A stretch of 64,000 bases of DNA, taken from the NCBI GenBank assembly GCA_964420965.1, contig CAYQUQ010000001.1, positions 31,544 through 95,543 of the forward strand, in the 5' to 3' direction. A program made the translations under genes and the position numbers. Below the pieces are notes generated by a model. That model was not told the origin of the DNA. It made no database searches and saw nothing but the letters and a program-made list of their open reading frames with translations. Of the stretch, positions 44,853 through 54,045 are shown in pieces (position 1 is the first letter of the stretch; the number at the start of each line of letters is the position of its first letter). The DNA comes from an uncultured Planctomycetia bacterium. GTDB taxonomy: Bacteria > Omnitrophota > Gorgyraeia > Duberdicusellales > 4484-171.

Positions 44853-45641
44853 ATGGATTGGGGGATGAGGAATCGATTGAGTAAAGTAATTCCTGATGGA
44901 CGTTGTTTCTTTTTACCCATAGACCACGGCTATTTCCAGGGTCCGACCCGGTGCCTGGAGCAGCCCGGCGAAACCATTAAGCCGCTTCTAGCTTACTGTG
45001 ACGCCCTTTTTGTAACCAGAGGAGTGCTGCGTTCAGCGGTGGATCCCGAAAACAGTAAGCCGGTTATTTTAAGGGTCTCCGGCGGAACGAGCATGGTGGG
45101 TAAAGATCTGGCCAACGAAGTAATTACTACCTCGATTGAAGAAATTATCCGCCTCAATGTCGATGCGGTGGGAGTTTCGGTTTTTATCGGCAGCGATTAC
45201 GAAAAGCAGACTCTGACTAATCTGGCCCAGCTGGTTAATCAGTGTGAAGGCTACGGCATTCCGGTTATGGCTGTTACCGCGGTGGGTAAAGAGCTGGAAA
45301 AACGCGATGCCCGCTATCTGGGTTTGTGTTGCCGTATTTGTGCCGAGCTGGGAGCGCGAATAGTAAAGACCTACTGGTGTGAAGATTTTGATAAGGTCGT
45401 AGGAGGCTGTCCGGTCCCCGTGGTTATGGCCGGAGGGCCGAAATGCAACACCGAACGGGAAGTTTTTGAATTTGTTTACGACGGCATGCAGAAAGGCGCT
45501 ATTGGCGTTAATTTAGGCCGAAATGTCTGGCAGAATCCTCAACCGGTAGCCATGGCCAGGGCTCTGCGGGCCATTATTCACGAAAGCGCTGATGTTAAGC
45601 AAGCCGAAGCGATATTCAACGAGACCAAAAAATGCGCGTAG
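44853..45641 (+). CDS. DhnA-type class I aldolase (DeoC/LacD family; FBP aldolase or 2-amino-3,7-dideoxy-D-threo-hept-6-ulosonate synthase-like)
   Basis: FFLPIDHGYFQGP; Schiff-base region IVKTYW; start moved to 44853 (RBS GGGAGG) because a repeat element occupies 44750-44832. Confidence 0.75.
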   Translation: MDWGMRNRLSKVIPDGRCFFLPIDHGYFQGPTRCLEQPGETIKPLLAYCDALFVTRGVLRSAVDPENSKPVILRVSGGTSMVGKDLANEVITTSIEEIIRLNVDAVGVSVFIGSDYEKQTLTNLAQLVNQCEGYGIPVMAVTAVGKELEKRDARYLGLCCRICAELGARIVKTYWCEDFDKVVGGCPVPVVMAGGPKCNTEREVFEFVYDGMQKGAIGVNLGRNVWQNPQPVAMARALRAIIHESADVKQAEAIFNETKKCA

Positions 45642-46648
45642 CAGTATACTACAGCAATAATGATGTCCGGTTAGAGGAGAGACCTAAGCCGCAAATCGGC
45701 CCCGGAGAAATACTGGTGAAGATGCGGGCTTGCGGTATCTGCGGCAGCGATGTGATGGAGTGGTACCGCTTAAAGAAAGCTCCGCTGGTTTTAGGCCACG
45801 AAGCTGCCGGTGAGGTTATTAACACAGGTGAAGGAGTTAAAAATTTTAAGGAGGGGGATAGAGTTTTTGTTTCCCATCACGTTCCCTGCAACCAGTGCCG
45901 GTATTGCCGGGCTGGCCATCACACCGTTTGTCCCACTCTGCAGACCACCAACTTTGACCCCGGCGGGTTTGCCGAATATATCCGGGTACCGGCGATTAAC
46001 GTAGAGCGGGGAACGTTTCTTCTGCCGCCGGAGATTTCTTTTGAGGAGGCGACCTTCATTGAACCCCTGGCCTGTGTAGTTCGGGGTCAAAGAATGGCTA
46101 ATTTAGAGTTCGGCCAACACCTGCTGATTCTGGGGGGAGGGGTATCCGGTTTACTTCATCTTTTACTGGCCCGCTCCCGGGGCGCGGAGCGGATTGTAGT
46201 TACCGACATCAATGAATACCGTCTGAAGGCGGCTAAGGAGCTCGGCGCCGATTTAGTAATACCGGCAAAAGAAGATGTCCCCGGTTATCTAAAGGACCGG
46301 CCGGCCGATTTGGTAATTATCTGTACCAGTGCTACTGCGGCCTTTGAGCAGGCCCTAACATCCGTGGACCGGGCCGGGACTATCCTCTGTTTTGCCCCCA
46401 CGGAGCCGGGAGTTACTTTACCCCTTCCGGTCAATGATTTTTGGCGTAACAGCATAAAGATCATGCATTCTTACGGCGGCAGCCCTCAGGATATAACCGC
46501 GGCTATAGAATTACTGGCCCGCAAAGAAGTTGTGGTCAGCAGCATGATTACCCATCGCCTGAATTTAAGCCGGGCCGGCGAAGGGTTTGGTCTGGTTGCC
46601 GAAGGAAAAAATTCCCTCAAAGTAATTATTAAACCGGATGCCTCTTGA
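45632..46648 (+). CDS. Zn-dependent medium-chain alcohol dehydrogenase
   Basis: CGICGSD; GHEAAGEV; structural-Zn CxxCxxC (CNQCRYCRAGHHTVC); GGGVSGLL. Confidence 0.9.
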   Translation: MRVAVYYSNNDVRLEERPKPQIGPGEILVKMRACGICGSDVMEWYRLKKAPLVLGHEAAGEVINTGEGVKNFKEGDRVFVSHHVPCNQCRYCRAGHHTVCPTLQTTNFDPGGFAEYIRVPAINVERGTFLLPPEISFEEATFIEPLACVVRGQRMANLEFGQHLLILGGGVSGLLHLLLARSRGAERIVVTDINEYRLKAAKELGADLVIPAKEDVPGYLKDRPADLVIICTSATAAFEQALTSVDRAGTILCFAPTEPGVTLPLPVNDFWRNSIKIMHSYGGSPQDITAAIELLARKEVVVSSMITHRLNLSRAGEGFGLVAEGKNSLKVIIKPDAS

Positions 46649-46774
46649 TGAGTCAACGAAGCAACTTCCTATAACCCAAAAATCAACTTCCGAGCAAGCT
46701 GCCAGACCTGTTTAGTGACGAGTCAGGAGCGGTGGGATGAGTTGTTAGATGTTTCTATTTTTAACTTTTATAAT

Positions 46775-47596
46775 TCAATTCTGTTGTTCCTTTCCATTTG
46801 TTATTCGTTTTATTTCCTGATAAATTTCAGAACGATATTGGTCACCACCTATTTTGGAAAGAATATAATCTATTCTCAGTCGAGGAAATTGCCATTCGGG
46901 AGCAAGGCGAATTGCTTCTAAATGTGCGTCGATCGCCTCCTTATAATTACCAAGATATTCATAAGCCCAGCCCATGCTACAGTATGCTCTTGCAAAATCA
47001 GGAAAAAGAGAAATAGTTATTTTGCAGGCATCTATCGAGTCTTGAAAACGGCCCATAAGTCTGTAAGTAACGGCTTTATTTTGATAAGCGTCATACAGCA
47101 TGGGATTATGTATGATTGCCTTGTTGAATTCAACAAGAGCCTTATCATATTCTTTTAACGTCATATAGCAGGAGCCAATGCCGTAACGAGCCATACCAGC
47201 TTCTTTCCTGGCTATTCCTAAGGCACCCTGAAATTCTTTCAGGGCTTCCTTGGGTTTGCCTGATTTTTGCAAAGAGACACCCCTCTCATTGTATAAAGCG
47301 AATTCGGCTATATTAACGAGTTGGCCATAGTATTTTTCTGGCGACGAAATGGCGAGGGGCTCACGAGAATAACTGTTTTTTTCTACAGGGAGGCTGATTT
47401 TTTCATTCCCGATACATTCAATCTCATCAAAATAACAAGTGAACGGTATTCCCTGAAAATTAATTCTTATGTAATTTTCGGTACGTTCAATTATTTTTGC
47501 ATCGATTATCTCTCCCGATTTCAATTTAATGGTTTCAGCAAAGACAAAACTTAAAAAGGTTAAACTTATCAGAACTAATCCGATTACCTTCTTCAT
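46775..47596 (-). CDS. Secreted TPR-repeat protein; paralogue P2 of the N-module family
   Basis: Signal peptide plus ETIKLKSGEIIDAKIIERTENYIRINFQGIPFTCYFDEIECI; TPR block; start at the ATG rc at 47594-47596 with RBS GGGGAG. Confidence 0.8.
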   Translation of the reverse strand: MKKVIGLVLISLTFLSFVFAETIKLKSGEIIDAKIIERTENYIRINFQGIPFTCYFDEIECIGNEKISLPVEKNSYSREPLAISSPEKYYGQLVNIAEFALYNERGVSLQKSGKPKEALKEFQGALGIARKEAGMARYGIGSCYMTLKEYDKALVEFNKAIIHNPMLYDAYQNKAVTYRLMGRFQDSIDACKITISLFPDFARAYCSMGWAYEYLGNYKEAIDAHLEAIRLAPEWQFPRLRIDYILSKIGGDQYRSEIYQEIKRITNGKEQQN

Positions 47597-47705
47597 TTCA
47601 CTCCCCTTTTTTATTTTCATCCAACACAAAAATCACCTGCCTGACGAGCCCGCGACTCTAGGGAGCGGCGAGGAAGGTCAGGTGGATTGACTTGTATCAG
47701 TTATT
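47597..47705 (-). promoter_or_regulatory. 5' leader of P2 sharing boxes CACCTGACCTTCC and GATTTTTGTGTTGGATGA with the 15100-15240 leader
   Basis: rc reads caatcCACCTGACCTTCCtcgccgctccctagagtcgcgggctcgtcaggcaGGTGATTTTTGTGTTGGATGAaaataAAAAAAGGGGAGtgaaATG. Confidence 0.5.
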
Positions 47706-47712
47706 CATTTGA

Positions 47713-48102
47713 TTACTTTTCAAAATAGTTTTTAAGGCAAATGACATAACCGAGAATAATTAAACAAATGAAAAAAATAATGGATATGGCAATTTTTATC
47801 GAGATATCTGCAGAGTCGATTCGAGAAAAATTATTTAATAAAAAAATTACGATACGTACAATCGGGATAGAGTATAAGATGATACCTATTTTCCATGCAC
47901 TTTTTTGTAGAGATAGAAACGCATATCCCCACCATATCTGGAATACACAAAATAAGAAAGGAAAGGCCTGCGATATAAAATCCTTTTTCTGAATAAGGTG
48001 GTATGGGTCCCAAATAATAATAGATATGCCGATAATTCCGCTAAAGATAGAAAGCCCACTAATTAGTTTTAATCCAAACGGTTTGGCATCTTCGTACTTC
48101 AT
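47713..48102 (-). CDS. Hypothetical membrane protein (AT-rich gene)
   Basis: 129-aa ORF with 4 hydrophobic helices; directly upstream of P2 in the direction of transcription. Confidence 0.5.
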   Translation of the reverse strand: MKYEDAKPFGLKLISGLSIFSGIIGISIIIWDPYHLIQKKDFISQAFPFLFCVFQIWWGYAFLSLQKSAWKIGIILYSIPIVRIVIFLLNNFSRIDSADISIKIAISIIFFICLIILGYVICLKNYFEK

Positions 48103-48256
48103 GTTCCTCCTTTCTTATGTCCTGACAATTAATATCCGGCTGTTTTAATTTATAGTTTTTGGTTACTAGATGCCACCCCTTAAATACTAGTATAGTCTTA
48201 AATATATACGAATTCAAGCTCGGCAAACTTTTTTTAAAAAAAGTAAAAGGATTTTG

Positions 48257-48312
48257 GCTTAAGATTAGCCGATAAAGTATTATTTGAAAAGCCCTTAATT
48301 ATAGAATAGAAT
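48257..48312 (+). promoter_or_regulatory. Same promoter module GCTTAAGATTAGCCGATAAAGTATTATTTGAAA-N17-TAGAAT upstream of rlmN
   Basis: TTGAAA (48284-48289), 17-nt spacer, TAGAAT (48307-48312). Confidence 0.6.
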
Positions 48313-48322
48313 ATTAAGGCTT

Positions 48323-49351
48323 ATGAAGAATATAAAAAATTACCTCCTTGGAGAATTGGAAGGATTCTTATCTAAAAAAGGTCACCCTAAGTTCTGCGGC
48401 CGCCAGATTTTTAACTGGCTGTACCAGAAAAGGATAGAGGACTTTACGGCCATGACCGATATTTCCCGAGAGGGCCGGGACTTTTTAAAGAAGAATTTTT
48501 ACTTTTCGCGGTTAGATTTGCGGAAACGGGAAATTTCTTCCGACGACACGCAGAAACTATTATTCGGCTTGGGGGATAAAAATTCTATCGAAACGGTGTT
48601 TATACCGGAAAAGAAAAGAAACACCTTATGCGTCTCTACCCAGGTAGGATGTAAATTCAAGTGCGCCTTTTGCTTAAGCGGACAAAACGGGTTTAGGCGC
48701 AACTTAGAAACCGCTGAAATTATCAATCAGTACCTGGCGGTGGCCGACTTGATCGCTCCTTTGAAAATAACCAATATTGTCTTTATGGGCATCGGAGAGC
48801 CACTGGATAATTTTTTAAATACCGTAAAAACAATAAGGATATTGATGGATTCGGCAGGAATTGGTCTGGGAAGAAGACGGATTTGTATTTCTACCTGCGG
48901 GCTCATTCCTTCGCTTAAGAAACTGGCGGATTTAAGAATGGGGGTCAAGCTTTCCCTGTCCCTGAACACCCCGGATAATGCCCGGCGCAGTGAAATAATG
49001 CCGGTCAATAAAAAGCACCCTTTGCCGGAAGTGATAAAAGCGGCCCGGTTTCTTTCCCGGCAGGAGCGGTATCCGATTACCTTTGAATATGCCTTGCTTC
49101 GAGGGTATAATACCCGTGAGAAGGACGCAGAGGGTTTAGCCCGGCTGTTAAGGGGTATGCGCTATAAGCTGAACCTTATTCCGCTTAATTGCGCCTTTGG
49201 CCGTTTCCGGCCCCCCCAGCCGGAGGAAATCGCCGCTTTTACCCGGGCCCTCCGAGAGAAAGGGGTATTTTTCACCATACGTAAACCTCGGGGCAGCGAT
49301 ATCAGCGCTGCCTGCGGGCAGTTAAGAGCTGATTTCGGCAATGAGCATTAA
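48323..49351 (+). CDS. rlmN: Dual-specificity RNA methyltransferase RlmN (radical SAM)
   Basis: FCGRQIFNWLYQK; radical SAM CxxxCxxC (CKFKCAFC); C-terminal CGQL. Confidence 0.92.
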   Translation: MKNIKNYLLGELEGFLSKKGHPKFCGRQIFNWLYQKRIEDFTAMTDISREGRDFLKKNFYFSRLDLRKREISSDDTQKLLFGLGDKNSIETVFIPEKKRNTLCVSTQVGCKFKCAFCLSGQNGFRRNLETAEIINQYLAVADLIAPLKITNIVFMGIGEPLDNFLNTVKTIRILMDSAGIGLGRRRICISTCGLIPSLKKLADLRMGVKLSLSLNTPDNARRSEIMPVNKKHPLPEVIKAARFLSRQERYPITFEYALLRGYNTREKDAEGLARLLRGMRYKLNLIPLNCAFGRFRPPQPEEIAAFTRALREKGVFFTIRKPRGSDISAACGQLRADFGNEH

Positions 49352-50006
49352 AGTTAATATCCGCTTTTTAATTTTTATCGGCCTGATCCTACTGTTTATT
49401 TTCGGCGGAAAGCTCTTTGCCGTTGATGCCGAAAAAATCGATACTTTTCTTAAAAAAATACCCCTTCTTTACTCCGCGTTAGCCTTTGTGCTTCTGTATG
49501 TAATCGGCACCTTTTTCATCTGGTATTTAAAAGACCCCTTAAAGATTGTGGGCGCGGTAATCTTCGGCGCTTATATCAGCACCCTGCTCATTTATATTGC
49601 CGAGATAATCAATGCTTATATCTTTTTTAATATCAGCAGTATTTTAGGCCGCGATTTTGTGGATAAGCATCTGCGCGGAAAATTTAAGAATTTTTATGAA
49701 AAAGTGGGGCAGATGAGCATGGGCTGGGTGTTCTTGATGCGCCTGGTCCCGCTGATCCCTTACCGGATCCTGGACTTAAGTTTCGGTTTAAGTAAATTTT
49801 CTTTTAGAAAGTATTTGTTGATTATACTCTTAGCCTCCCCGCCGCGAATATTCTGGATTCAATTTATCCTGGCTGCGGTGAGGGAATTCTCAGTGCAGAA
49901 GATGATGGTCTATTTTCTGGAAAACCGGATAATCTATTTCTGGTCGCTTCTCTATTGTATCTTCGCCATCGTAATCGCCTTCCGGCTTAAAAAGAAGCTA
50001 AAGTAG
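49341..50006 (+). CDS. TVP38/TMEM64 (DedA-like, SNARE-associated) family membrane protein
   Basis: MRLVPLIPYRILDLSFGLS motif; multiple TM helices. Confidence 0.7.
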   Translation: MSIKVNIRFLIFIGLILLFIFGGKLFAVDAEKIDTFLKKIPLLYSALAFVLLYVIGTFFIWYLKDPLKIVGAVIFGAYISTLLIYIAEIINAYIFFNISSILGRDFVDKHLRGKFKNFYEKVGQMSMGWVFLMRLVPLIPYRILDLSFGLSKFSFRKYLLIILLASPPRIFWIQFILAAVREFSVQKMMVYFLENRIIYFWSLLYCIFAIVIAFRLKKKLK

Positions 50007-51161
50007 TTAATTTACCCTCTTCGTTTTTAAGAGGGTAATCTCTATCTGGGCGCTTTTGCCTATCGGGGTAGAGGCTATTTTTTCCCTGGCCGTAACCTCG
50101 ATACTGGCCCCGCGAAACAGAGTCCCGAAATCTTTAGAATTGGTCTGCCCGTAATACTCCCGGATGTGGTGTTCATACCGGAAACAATAATAATTTTTTC
50201 CTTTAGAGATGCCGAAAGTGGGGTCGACCGGGACCCAGCCGTATCGCGGTAGATAAATTTCCACCCAGGCATGGCCGACATCGGTTACGCATTTATTCCG
50301 GGAGACGTTAGGCATAAACACGATACCGTCTACTTCCCGCGCCGGAATGCCGCTGGTCCGGGCCAGGGCAATGAACAGCCTGGACAGATCAGCGCAATTT
50401 CCCTTTTTTATCCGGAGGGTTTGATCCGGGTTTTGAAATCCCGAAATTTCCGGCCGGTGTTCATAGGTAAAATTGCGGGTTATAAAGTTATACAGGGCTC
50501 TGCCTTTGCGATAAGGATTTTTTATATTTTTAGTTATGGATCGCGCCGTATTCTTAAGCAGCTTATTATTGATTTTTGCGTCTTTATAGCTTTTTAAATA
50601 AGCGCGGACTTTGGAATTCAGCTTGCCGTAACGGTCGGGAATAGCTTCCGGTTTCAGGCGTAAATCCGTCTGTTGTACCTGGATGGAATAGGAAATATTT
50701 ATATTAATATTTTTCCCGGTTCGGGGCCGGGGAAAGTCGAAAACAGCCACCTTATTATTATTCGGATCGTCGATAAGGGCATCGTGTTTAGGAAGAGTGC
50801 GAATAGTGGATATGGCCTGGTAGGATAAATTCCTGAGTCCTACCGGATAGCGGAAGCGCAAAGTATGCAAGTCCATAAGAGGTCTAATCGTAAAAGTTTT
50901 TTTCACCTTATAGGAAATGAGGTTTTTTATTACCGGCCTTTTGCGTTTTGAGGGGTAGTCTTTGATTTTGGCGATATCATCCCGGGGGTATTTTAAGGTA
51001 AGGTCGTCAATTTCAATTACGATATACCGGTCAGTTTTTTTTACGATTTCACCCCTTATTTTCCGGCCGGACTTAAAAGTAATCGTGTCGGCAAAAAGCA
51101 ATTGGCCAAAACAGCAGATTACTAGGGGGAGAAGTAATATTGTTTTATCGAGTTTCATCAA
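50007..51161 (-). CDS. Secreted transglutaminase-like cysteine-protease-fold protein; paralogue P3 of the N-module family
   Basis: Signal peptide plus DTITFKSGRKIRGEIVKKTDRYIVIEIDDLTLKYPRDDIAKI; core GNCADLSRLFIALARTSGIPAREV...GHAWVEIYLPRYGWVPVDPT. Confidence 0.8.
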   Translation of the reverse strand: MMKLDKTILLLPLVICCFGQLLFADTITFKSGRKIRGEIVKKTDRYIVIEIDDLTLKYPRDDIAKIKDYPSKRKRPVIKNLISYKVKKTFTIRPLMDLHTLRFRYPVGLRNLSYQAISTIRTLPKHDALIDDPNNNKVAVFDFPRPRTGKNININISYSIQVQQTDLRLKPEAIPDRYGKLNSKVRAYLKSYKDAKINNKLLKNTARSITKNIKNPYRKGRALYNFITRNFTYEHRPEISGFQNPDQTLRIKKGNCADLSRLFIALARTSGIPAREVDGIVFMPNVSRNKCVTDVGHAWVEIYLPRYGWVPVDPTFGISKGKNYYCFRYEHHIREYYGQTNSKDFGTLFRGASIEVTAREKIASTPIGKSAQIEITLLKTKRVN

Positions 51162-51710
51162 TCAAAAAAATACTGTTTTGAGCGTTAGTACAATGTAGCC
51201 GGCGGGAAAGCAAAAGGCAGCTATTCCTAATGGGTATAAAGCCGGCATGCGCTTATTGGTTTTTACATCCCGGGCTACCAGAAAGACAACGCCTAGGAAT
51301 ACGGCCCCGATGGAGCCGATTAAACCGGCCAGGCCGATAAATATATTTTGGCCGACACCTCTGGCAATAACCAGCGAGAGGATGGTCCCGATAATAAAGT
51401 TAAGGGCACAAAATATAAATCCACTCAGGATAATCTTTTCTCTCCCCACCCGGTAGGTTAATTCTTCCGGGGTGAGTTTAAGCTTCGGGTATCGGGGGTT
51501 ATATTTCCGGGCCATAATTTTTTCAATCGTCAATAAGCAGAAGATACTGTAGGCCCCGATCAGGATATCGAAGATAAAAGGCTTGGTTCCGGAAGCAGCC
51601 AGAGTGCCGCGGGCGGCATTAAAAAAATGGTAATCAGAAGCATAGCAGGCCAGCCGCAGGGTCCAGACCATAGACTCCGACCAGAAATAATCCCATTTAT
51701 TGACGGTCAT
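51162..51710 (-). CDS. Hypothetical polytopic membrane protein, co-operonic with P4 and P3
   Basis: 182 aa, about 5 TM helices; overlaps P4 by 14 nt and abuts P3. Confidence 0.55.
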   Translation of the reverse strand: MTVNKWDYFWSESMVWTLRLACYASDYHFFNAARGTLAASGTKPFIFDILIGAYSIFCLLTIEKIMARKYNPRYPKLKLTPEELTYRVGREKIILSGFIFCALNFIIGTILSLVIARGVGQNIFIGLAGLIGSIGAVFLGVVFLVARDVKTNKRMPALYPLGIAAFCFPAGYIVLTLKTVFF

Positions 51711-52461
51711 ATTGTTCTTCCATTTGCTGCCGGATGTTCTCCATCACCTGCTTGGCATAGGAAATGGCCAGATCTACTTGGCCCAGGAATTCCGGGGGCG
51801 CGCCCTGTTCGATATATACCCGCCGGAGTTCTTCCATTTCCTCGATAGTGATAGTTTGCATTTTTTGCATCGCTTCCTTAGGCCGGCCGGCCGGATTATT
51901 TCTAATTTCTTTATGCAGGGTTAAAGAGAGCCCTAAAAGCTGGAGCCGCTTTTGGTGGTAGCGGGATAACTCTACCGGCGGGGATATGCTTTCGGTCTGT
52001 TTTATGAGTGTTTCGATTCCCTGAATAGCTTCAGCGAATATGCGCAGTTTTGTTTCCTGGTCCTGGCCCTGCATTTGCTTTCGGGCTATGGCGCCGATTT
52101 GTCCGGCTTTGTGGCCGATAATCCCCATTTGATTTAAGTAGCCCGAGACCCCGGCATGCCAATTCTGCCATTTTTTTAATTCAGCGCTGTCTTTTTCTAA
52201 CAGTTTTATATAATCCGAGGTATTTTTATCCGGACCGGCATATTCCGGGCCTAAAAAAGCGGAAGCGCTCTGGCCGTTAATGCTGTCAATATCTTCGGTA
52301 TAATAAGTTATGGGGATACCGCCGATATCCACCTTTATTTTTCCCTTGGCCTTCTCGATTATTTTACCTTCTACGGTTTTACCCGATTTCAAAATAATGG
52401 TTTCGGCAAAAAGGGAGAAGGAAATTGAGGCCCAGACGAGAAATAAAATTAACTTTTTCAT
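51697..52461 (-). CDS. Secreted alpha-helical protein; paralogue P4 of the N-module family
   Basis: Signal peptide plus ETIILKSGKTVEGKIIEKAKGKIKVDIGGIPITYYTEDIDSI; RBS GAGGAAAGG. Confidence 0.75.
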   Translation of the reverse strand: MKKLILFLVWASISFSLFAETIILKSGKTVEGKIIEKAKGKIKVDIGGIPITYYTEDIDSINGQSASAFLGPEYAGPDKNTSDYIKLLEKDSAELKKWQNWHAGVSGYLNQMGIIGHKAGQIGAIARKQMQGQDQETKLRIFAEAIQGIETLIKQTESISPPVELSRYHQKRLQLLGLSLTLHKEIRNNPAGRPKEAMQKMQTITIEEMEELRRVYIEQGAPPEFLGQVDLAISYAKQVMENIRQQMEEQYDRQ

Positions 52462-52594
52462 TTTTTATCCTTTCCTCACGGCCAGTATAGCATATTTAAG
52501 GCCATTTTTAAAGCTGCGGCCGGTATTGGTTTTGCCTCTATCCAGTTTTTGTTTTTCGAGTATAATAAGTTTAAAACAAAAGGGGTTTTAAAAA

Positions 52595-53485
52595 ATGTCG
52601 TATCTGCTGCTTCACCGGGAGGGGAAACTCAAAGGCTTAAGCGCTGAATTGCTTAAGCGGCTGGCTTGCTGCACTCTTTGCCCGCGCAATTGCCGGGTTA
52701 ACCGGCTTGAAGCTCAGAAGGGGTTCTGTCAGACTCTGGATAAGGCAATAGTTTCCAGTGCTTTTCTGCATTTCGGAGAAGAACCGGAGCTGGTCGGCCG
52801 GGGCGGTTCGGGAACGATTTTTTTTGCCTACTGCAACCTGGGTTGTCTTTATTGCCAGAATCACAGTATTTCTCATTCCGGCGAAGGCCGGACGGTGAGC
52901 GCCGAGGAGCTGGCCACCTTAATGGTGCATTTACAGGAGCAGGGAGCCGAGAACATCAATTTGGTCACCCCCAGCCACGTAGTGGCCCAAATCGTGGCCG
53001 CTTTAGTCATCGCGGCAGATATGGGGCTTAAACTCCCTTTAGTGTATAATTGCGGGGGGTATGAGAGCTTAGAGACCTTAAGATTGATCGAAGGGGTTTT
53101 CGATATTTATATGCCCGACTTTAAGTATTCCCAGAGCGCTCCGGCCCAGCGCTTTTCTTCCGCTCCCGATTATTGGGAAATTGCCCAGGCGGCAGTACAA
53201 GAAATGCACCGCCAGGTAGGAGATTTAGTAGTCGAGGAAGGCCGGGCCCGGAAAGGCTTGCTGATCCGGCACCTGGTTTTACCCCATAAACTGGCCGGCT
53301 CATTTAAAATCCTGGATTTCATAAAGGACGAACTTTCTTTAAATACCTACGTTAATATCATGCGGCAATATTACCCTTGTTACCGGGCTTCCGAGTTTAA
53401 GGAGCTGGGGCGAAGAATTAATACCGCCGAATACCGGGAAGTGGTAGAATATGCTCAGCATATTGGGTTGAATAGAGAATTTTAG
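52595..53485 (+). CDS. Radical SAM protein (PflA/PflX-like activase family)
   Basis: CNLGCLYCQN CxxxCxxC; 296 aa. Confidence 0.8.
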   Translation: MSYLLLHREGKLKGLSAELLKRLACCTLCPRNCRVNRLEAQKGFCQTLDKAIVSSAFLHFGEEPELVGRGGSGTIFFAYCNLGCLYCQNHSISHSGEGRTVSAEELATLMVHLQEQGAENINLVTPSHVVAQIVAALVIAADMGLKLPLVYNCGGYESLETLRLIEGVFDIYMPDFKYSQSAPAQRFSSAPDYWEIAQAAVQEMHRQVGDLVVEEGRARKGLLIRHLVLPHKLAGSFKILDFIKDELSLNTYVNIMRQYYPCYRASEFKELGRRINTAEYREVVEYAQHIGLNREF

Positions 53486-53493
53486 GAGGAGCG

Positions 53494-54045
53494 ATGAAGA
53501 AAGAGATAGCCGTAAGTCAGGCCAGCCGGCTGATTAATTGCGGAATGGTGATCTTGGTTACCGCCGGCCATAAAGACCAGGCTACCATCACACCCTGTGC
53601 CTGGCACCTGCCGCTTTCTAAAAACCCCCCTTTGCTGGGGGTAGCTTTAGCTAAAGGACACTTTTCTGCGCAATTAATAAAGGAAAGCCGGGAGTTTATC
53701 GTGAATATTCCTCCGTGGCCTTTACGCAAGAAAGTGATTGCCTGCGGCAAATGCAGCGGCAGAGACGTAGATAAATTTGCGCAGGCCGAACTTACCCGGC
53801 TAAAGGCACATACCTTACAGGCTGTCCCGGCAATTGCCCAATGCCTGGGCCATATCGAATGCCGGCTCCGGGAAGCTAAAGAAACCGGCGACCATTTTCT
53901 GTTTATCGGCGATATAGTCTATGCCCAGGCCGAGGCCGACTGCTTTAAACAAGGGTTTTGGGATACAAAAACAACGGAGGTAATTTTTCATCTCGGCGCA
54001 AAATGCTTCTTTAAATCTGCGCCGCACATTGAGGTTCAGCCATGA
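53494..54045 (+). CDS. Flavin reductase-like (FMN-binding split-barrel) protein
   Basis: MVILVTAGHKDQATITPCAWHLPLS...LGVAL typical of flavin reductase domain proteins. Confidence 0.75.
   Translation: MKKEIAVSQASRLINCGMVILVTAGHKDQATITPCAWHLPLSKNPPLLGVALAKGHFSAQLIKESREFIVNIPPWPLRKKVIACGKCSGRDVDKFAQAELTRLKAHTLQAVPAIAQCLGHIECRLREAKETGDHFLFIGDIVYAQAEADCFKQGFWDTKTTEVIFHLGAKCFFKSAPHIEVQP

Noticed and set aside
46715-47158. Plus-strand ORFs (46715-46921, 46798-47016, 46922-47158, 47321-47554) overlapping P2, and 47768-47992 overlapping the 47713-48102 gene
   Set aside because: They are antisense to genes with signal peptide and TPR or TM structure. The region is AT-rich and has no RBS.
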